26,431 bases of DNA, taken from IMG/VR virus record IMGVR_UViG_3300044670_000849, positions 1 through 26,431 of that record. One strand, 5' to 3'. The translations under genes and the position numbers were made by a program. The DNA comes from a virus. Taxonomy: Duplodnaviria > Caudoviricetes. Shown in pieces: positions 23,897 through 26,431 of the stretch (its first letter is position 1; every line of letters begins with the position of its first letter). Under the pieces are notes generated by a model. It was not told the origin of the DNA, did no database searches, and saw only the letters and a list, made by a program, of their open reading frames with translations.

Positions 23897-24350
23897 CTTC
23901 TTAACGAAGCATTATTCAAAACTTGTTCGCATCGCTCGACGATGGACGGACAGCCCTTCCGACCTTGTACATCACACTTACCTTCGATGCATTGACAAAC
24001 GCTTTCCCGATGGGGAAAATGACAACCCGCTCGGGTACTTTGTTAAAGCCATGTACACCGAAGCCACACGAGGAAAATTCAAAGACTTATATCACGTAAC
24101 AGATGCCGACCCCAAAGAACAAACCTTCGAAAGCGATTGGACAAAAGCAATCCAGCGAGAGCAAATGCAACTCATCCTCGACCGCCTCTCCTGGTTTGAT
24201 AGAACCATCTTCTCTCTATACCTGCAAGGGTGGAACATGGCTGACGTATCTCGACGGTCTGGCGTTGGAGAATCGACCCTTTATCGCTCACTACATATCA
24301 CCCGAAAAATCCTGAAAGATGTTCTTCGTAACGGCTCAAAAGAGGACTGA
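23865..24350 (+). CDS. ECF-like RNA polymerase sigma factor
   Basis: Region 2-like Y.KL..IA......DLVH.TYL and region 4-like L..L...DR.IF.LY..G......SR..G....TLY. Confidence 0.7.
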   Translation: MNSGNRKGWNSFLTKHYSKLVRIARRWTDSPSDLVHHTYLRCIDKRFPDGENDNPLGYFVKAMYTEATRGKFKDLYHVTDADPKEQTFESDWTKAIQREQMQLILDRLSWFDRTIFSLYLQGWNMADVSRRSGVGESTLYRSLHITRKILKDVLRNGSKED

Positions 24351-24702
24351 CCGACTTAATATCTGCAAAGGCTGCGAACACTTCGTCGAGAAGACCAAGA
24401 GTTGCGGAGACCTCGTGACAGAAGCGTTCACGGACTCGAAGTTGTGCGGCTGTCATATGCCCACAAAGACCCGTCTCAAGGTTGCCTCCTGTCCCCTCGG
24501 TAATTGGGAAGCAGAAATAAAACAAGCCGACCTCGACGCGATCAAGACCTTTCTCAAAACAGAGAACCAATTCAGAACAAACGGACAACTCGCGAAGCTA
24601 TATTCGAAGGTTACAGGAACGAACACCCAAGCAAGCCAATGCAGTTCGTGCAACCGTCGGATGCTCGCGGAATTACAAAAACTCATAAACGAAACAGAAT
24701 GA
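24319..24702 (+). CDS. Cys-rich putative Zn-binding protein
   Basis: RL.IC..C...C...CGC.M..KT.L....CP.G.W plus C-terminal CSSC. Confidence 0.7.
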   Translation: MFFVTAQKRTDRLNICKGCEHFVEKTKSCGDLVTEAFTDSKLCGCHMPTKTRLKVASCPLGNWEAEIKQADLDAIKTFLKTENQFRTNGQLAKLYSKVTGTNTQASQCSSCNRRMLAELQKLINETE

Positions 24703-24902
24703 GCTACACAACAACAGAACGAGATATCATAGCGGAGAACATCCGCGAATACCTCAAACAAGACCAGAAAGAGAAGTTTGAAGAACAGCACTTCGGAGGT
24801 GACCCCTTCCTCGTGAAGCGGGTTCTTCCCATGACCCAATACGACAAAGAGACCTTAGAGAATATCGCCCGGGATGTTGAGGGTCGTATATTGCACCCAT
24901 GA
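24699..24902 (+). CDS. Hypothetical protein, 67 aa
   Basis: ATG at 24699 overlaps the upstream TGA; MSYTTTERDIIAENI... Confidence 0.6.
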   Translation: MSYTTTERDIIAENIREYLKQDQKEKFEEQHFGGDPFLVKRVLPMTQYDKETLENIARDVEGRILHP

Positions 24903-25120
24903 GAAACGCAAGAAAAGCCCTGCTCCATTCGAAGAACTTCCTTCTCATTACGGAGAACGATAAAGCGATTCGACTCCATGCCGGGGACGATCCCGCGACT
25001 TTACTTCTAACCCTAGCCGTCCACAACGATGAATTCCGATATACCCTCGAAGCCGTCCTCGATCAAGCCAATGAAACTCTCGGGGATCAAACAAAACCCG
25101 ACGAACCCTCGGATAATTAA
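24899..25120 (+). CDS. Hypothetical protein, 73 aa
   Basis: ATGA-coupled ORF. Confidence 0.6.
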   Translation: MRNARKALLHSKNFLLITENDKAIRLHAGDDPATLLLTLAVHNDEFRYTLEAVLDQANETLGDQTKPDEPSDN

Positions 25121-26123
25121 AGACGATAAATTCCAGAAGCTCGTAACGAGTATAAAGGAGTTTCCGGAGATGCTCGAAGCGCGTCCAATTGTAGTGAACC
25201 CGGATATGATCGTCCTCGGTGGTAACATGAGGCTGAAGGCAGCCAAAGCCGCAGGACTGACCGAGGCACCCGTCTATGTCGCTACATGGGAAGAAAGCAA
25301 GGCGAAGGAGTTCATCGTAAAAGATAACGTTGGTTTTGGGGAATGGGATTGGGATATCCTCGCGAACGAATGGGACGCAGCAGAACTTGATGAATGGGGT
25401 CTTGATGTATGGCAACCCGAAGAAGAAGAAGAGGTCGAAGGATTGACCGACCCCGACGAAGTGCCCGAAGCACCCGAAGAGCCAAAGACCAAGCTCGGTG
25501 ACCTCTATATCTTGGGAGAGCATCGTTTGCTTTGTGGAGACTCTACGAAGGCTGAGGACGTGGAGAGGCTAATGAACGGACAGAAGGCGGACGCGCTTAT
25601 TACCGACCCTCCGTATGGAATCAACGCCAATAATCAAACGCTTGGAAGCGGTAAGAAGCAATTTCATAGGGGAGGCGATTGGGATAAAACCCGCCCCGAG
25701 ATAACCGCTCTGCTCGGTTTAGCATCGACTCAAATAATTTGGGGGGGTAATTACTTCTCCGATGTGCTATCCCCAACTAACGATTGGCTTTGTTGGCACA
25801 AAAAAAACGACGGATTATCTTTCAGCGAATTCGAGTTGGCATGGACAAACCTTGGCAAGAACTGCCGTCTACTTTCTCATCATTGGGGCGGAGAGAATAA
25901 ACTTCACCCAACAATGAAACCCGTCGCGGTTATGGAGTGGTGTATTGACATGACTCAAGGAACAATTATAGACCCATTTCTAGGGAGCGGTTCAACCTTT
26001 ATAGCCGCAGAGAAAACAAACCGCAAATGCTACGGAATGGAATTAGACCCGAAGTATTGCGATGTCATTGTAAAGCGATGGGAGGACTTCACAGGTAAAA
26101 AGGCGGAGATATGGAAGCCGTGA
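25071..26123 (+). CDS. ParB/Srx-like domain fused to N6/N4 DNA methyltransferase
   Basis: N-terminal NP.NPR, RPIVV, LGGNMRL.A, KDN; LLCGDS, TDPPY, HPT.KP, DPFLGSGST, GMELDPKY (alternative start 25029). Confidence 0.9.
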   Translation: MKLSGIKQNPTNPRIIKDDKFQKLVTSIKEFPEMLEARPIVVNPDMIVLGGNMRLKAAKAAGLTEAPVYVATWEESKAKEFIVKDNVGFGEWDWDILANEWDAAELDEWGLDVWQPEEEEEVEGLTDPDEVPEAPEEPKTKLGDLYILGEHRLLCGDSTKAEDVERLMNGQKADALITDPPYGINANNQTLGSGKKQFHRGGDWDKTRPEITALLGLASTQIIWGGNYFSDVLSPTNDWLCWHKKNDGLSFSEFELAWTNLGKNCRLLSHHWGGENKLHPTMKPVAVMEWCIDMTQGTIIDPFLGSGSTFIAAEKTNRKCYGMELDPKYCDVIVKRWEDFTGKKAEIWKP

Positions 26124-26431
26124 AGACCAACACATCCAACACCAAAAAAGAAGCGATGCTCGAAGCATTGGAGAAGTCTTTGGGTATTGTATCAACAGCC
26201 GCGAAGATGGTTGGGATTGACCGCTCGACCCATTACGCATGGTTAAAGGCAGACGAGGAATACAAGAGCGCGGTCAACTCAATTCAAGACGGTGTCCTCG
26301 ACTTCGCAGAATCTCACCTTTACAAACTCGTGAAGGAAGGCAACCCAGCAGCGACGATTTTCTTCCTCAAGACTAAAGGCAAGAAGCGCGGATATATCGA
26401 ACGGCAAGAGATAGAGGTAACAGAGAAGAAG
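26111..26431 (+). CDS. terS: Terminase small subunit, 5' part (114 aa in total across the junction)
   Basis: MEAVKTNTSNTKKEAMLEALEKSLGIVSTAAKMVGIDRSTHYAW HTH; no stop before the window end; precedes terL on circularisation. Confidence 0.8.
   Translation, partial: MEAVKTNTSNTKKEAMLEALEKSLGIVSTAAKMVGIDRSTHYAWLKADEEYKSAVNSIQDGVLDFAESHLYKLVKEGNPAATIFFLKTKGKKRGYIERQEIEVTEKK
26293..26431. repeat. Terminal direct repeat, right copy
   Basis: Matches 1-139 with two substitutions (26419, 26422). Confidence 0.95.

Noticed and set aside
26293-26431. Biological terminal repeats (T7-like DTR)
   Set aside because: The repeat falls mid-gene, has a typical assembler overlap length, and PBSX-type terminases usually give permuted ends.
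1-26431. Alternative genetic code or stop-codon reassignment; apparent abundance of TCGA
   Set aside because: Genes tile the genome densely under the standard code with TAA, TGA and TAG all used as stops. The TCGA impression could not be quantified by eye and may reflect codon usage.

Overview
This window looks like the complete, circular genome (about 26,292 bp) of a very small tailed dsDNA phage with a siphovirus-like gene set. Bases 1-139 recur at 26293-26431, and the terminase small subunit gene reads across the junction. Every credible gene is on the + strand and genes are tightly coupled by ATGA or short overlaps. The host is most likely Bacteroidota (Flavobacteriales-like), because Shine-Dalgarno motifs are not evident, upstream regions are A-rich, and there are three TTG-N19-TAnnTT(T/A)(G/A) promoters. 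Gene order: terS, terL, an AT-rich moron, a frameshifted chaperone-like gene, a tail-terminator/LamG fibre fusion, neck and tail-tip genes, tape measure, prohead protease, scaffold, major capsid, major tail, portal, adaptor, lysis cassette (holins, M15 endolysin, metallophosphoesterase), a candidate sRNA, early genes, SSB, Myb-like and Cro-like HTH proteins, a replication initiator with internal iterons, NinG, an ECF-like sigma factor and a ParB-methyltransferase. I saw no integrase, polymerase, reverse transcriptase, tRNA or CRISPR. The most notable items are a candidate regulatory circuit (phage sigma, a bipartite T(A/G)AGGA-N15/16-GTTAT motif, leaderless host-type promoters and a U-rich sRNA complementary to 5' ends of early genes), a T9 frameshift with a dual-coding region, a tail-terminator-like domain fused to a 1,000-aa fibre, and an unannotated 49-aa dockerin/EF-hand-like microprotein. 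Product calls come from motif recognition by eye; no searches were run.
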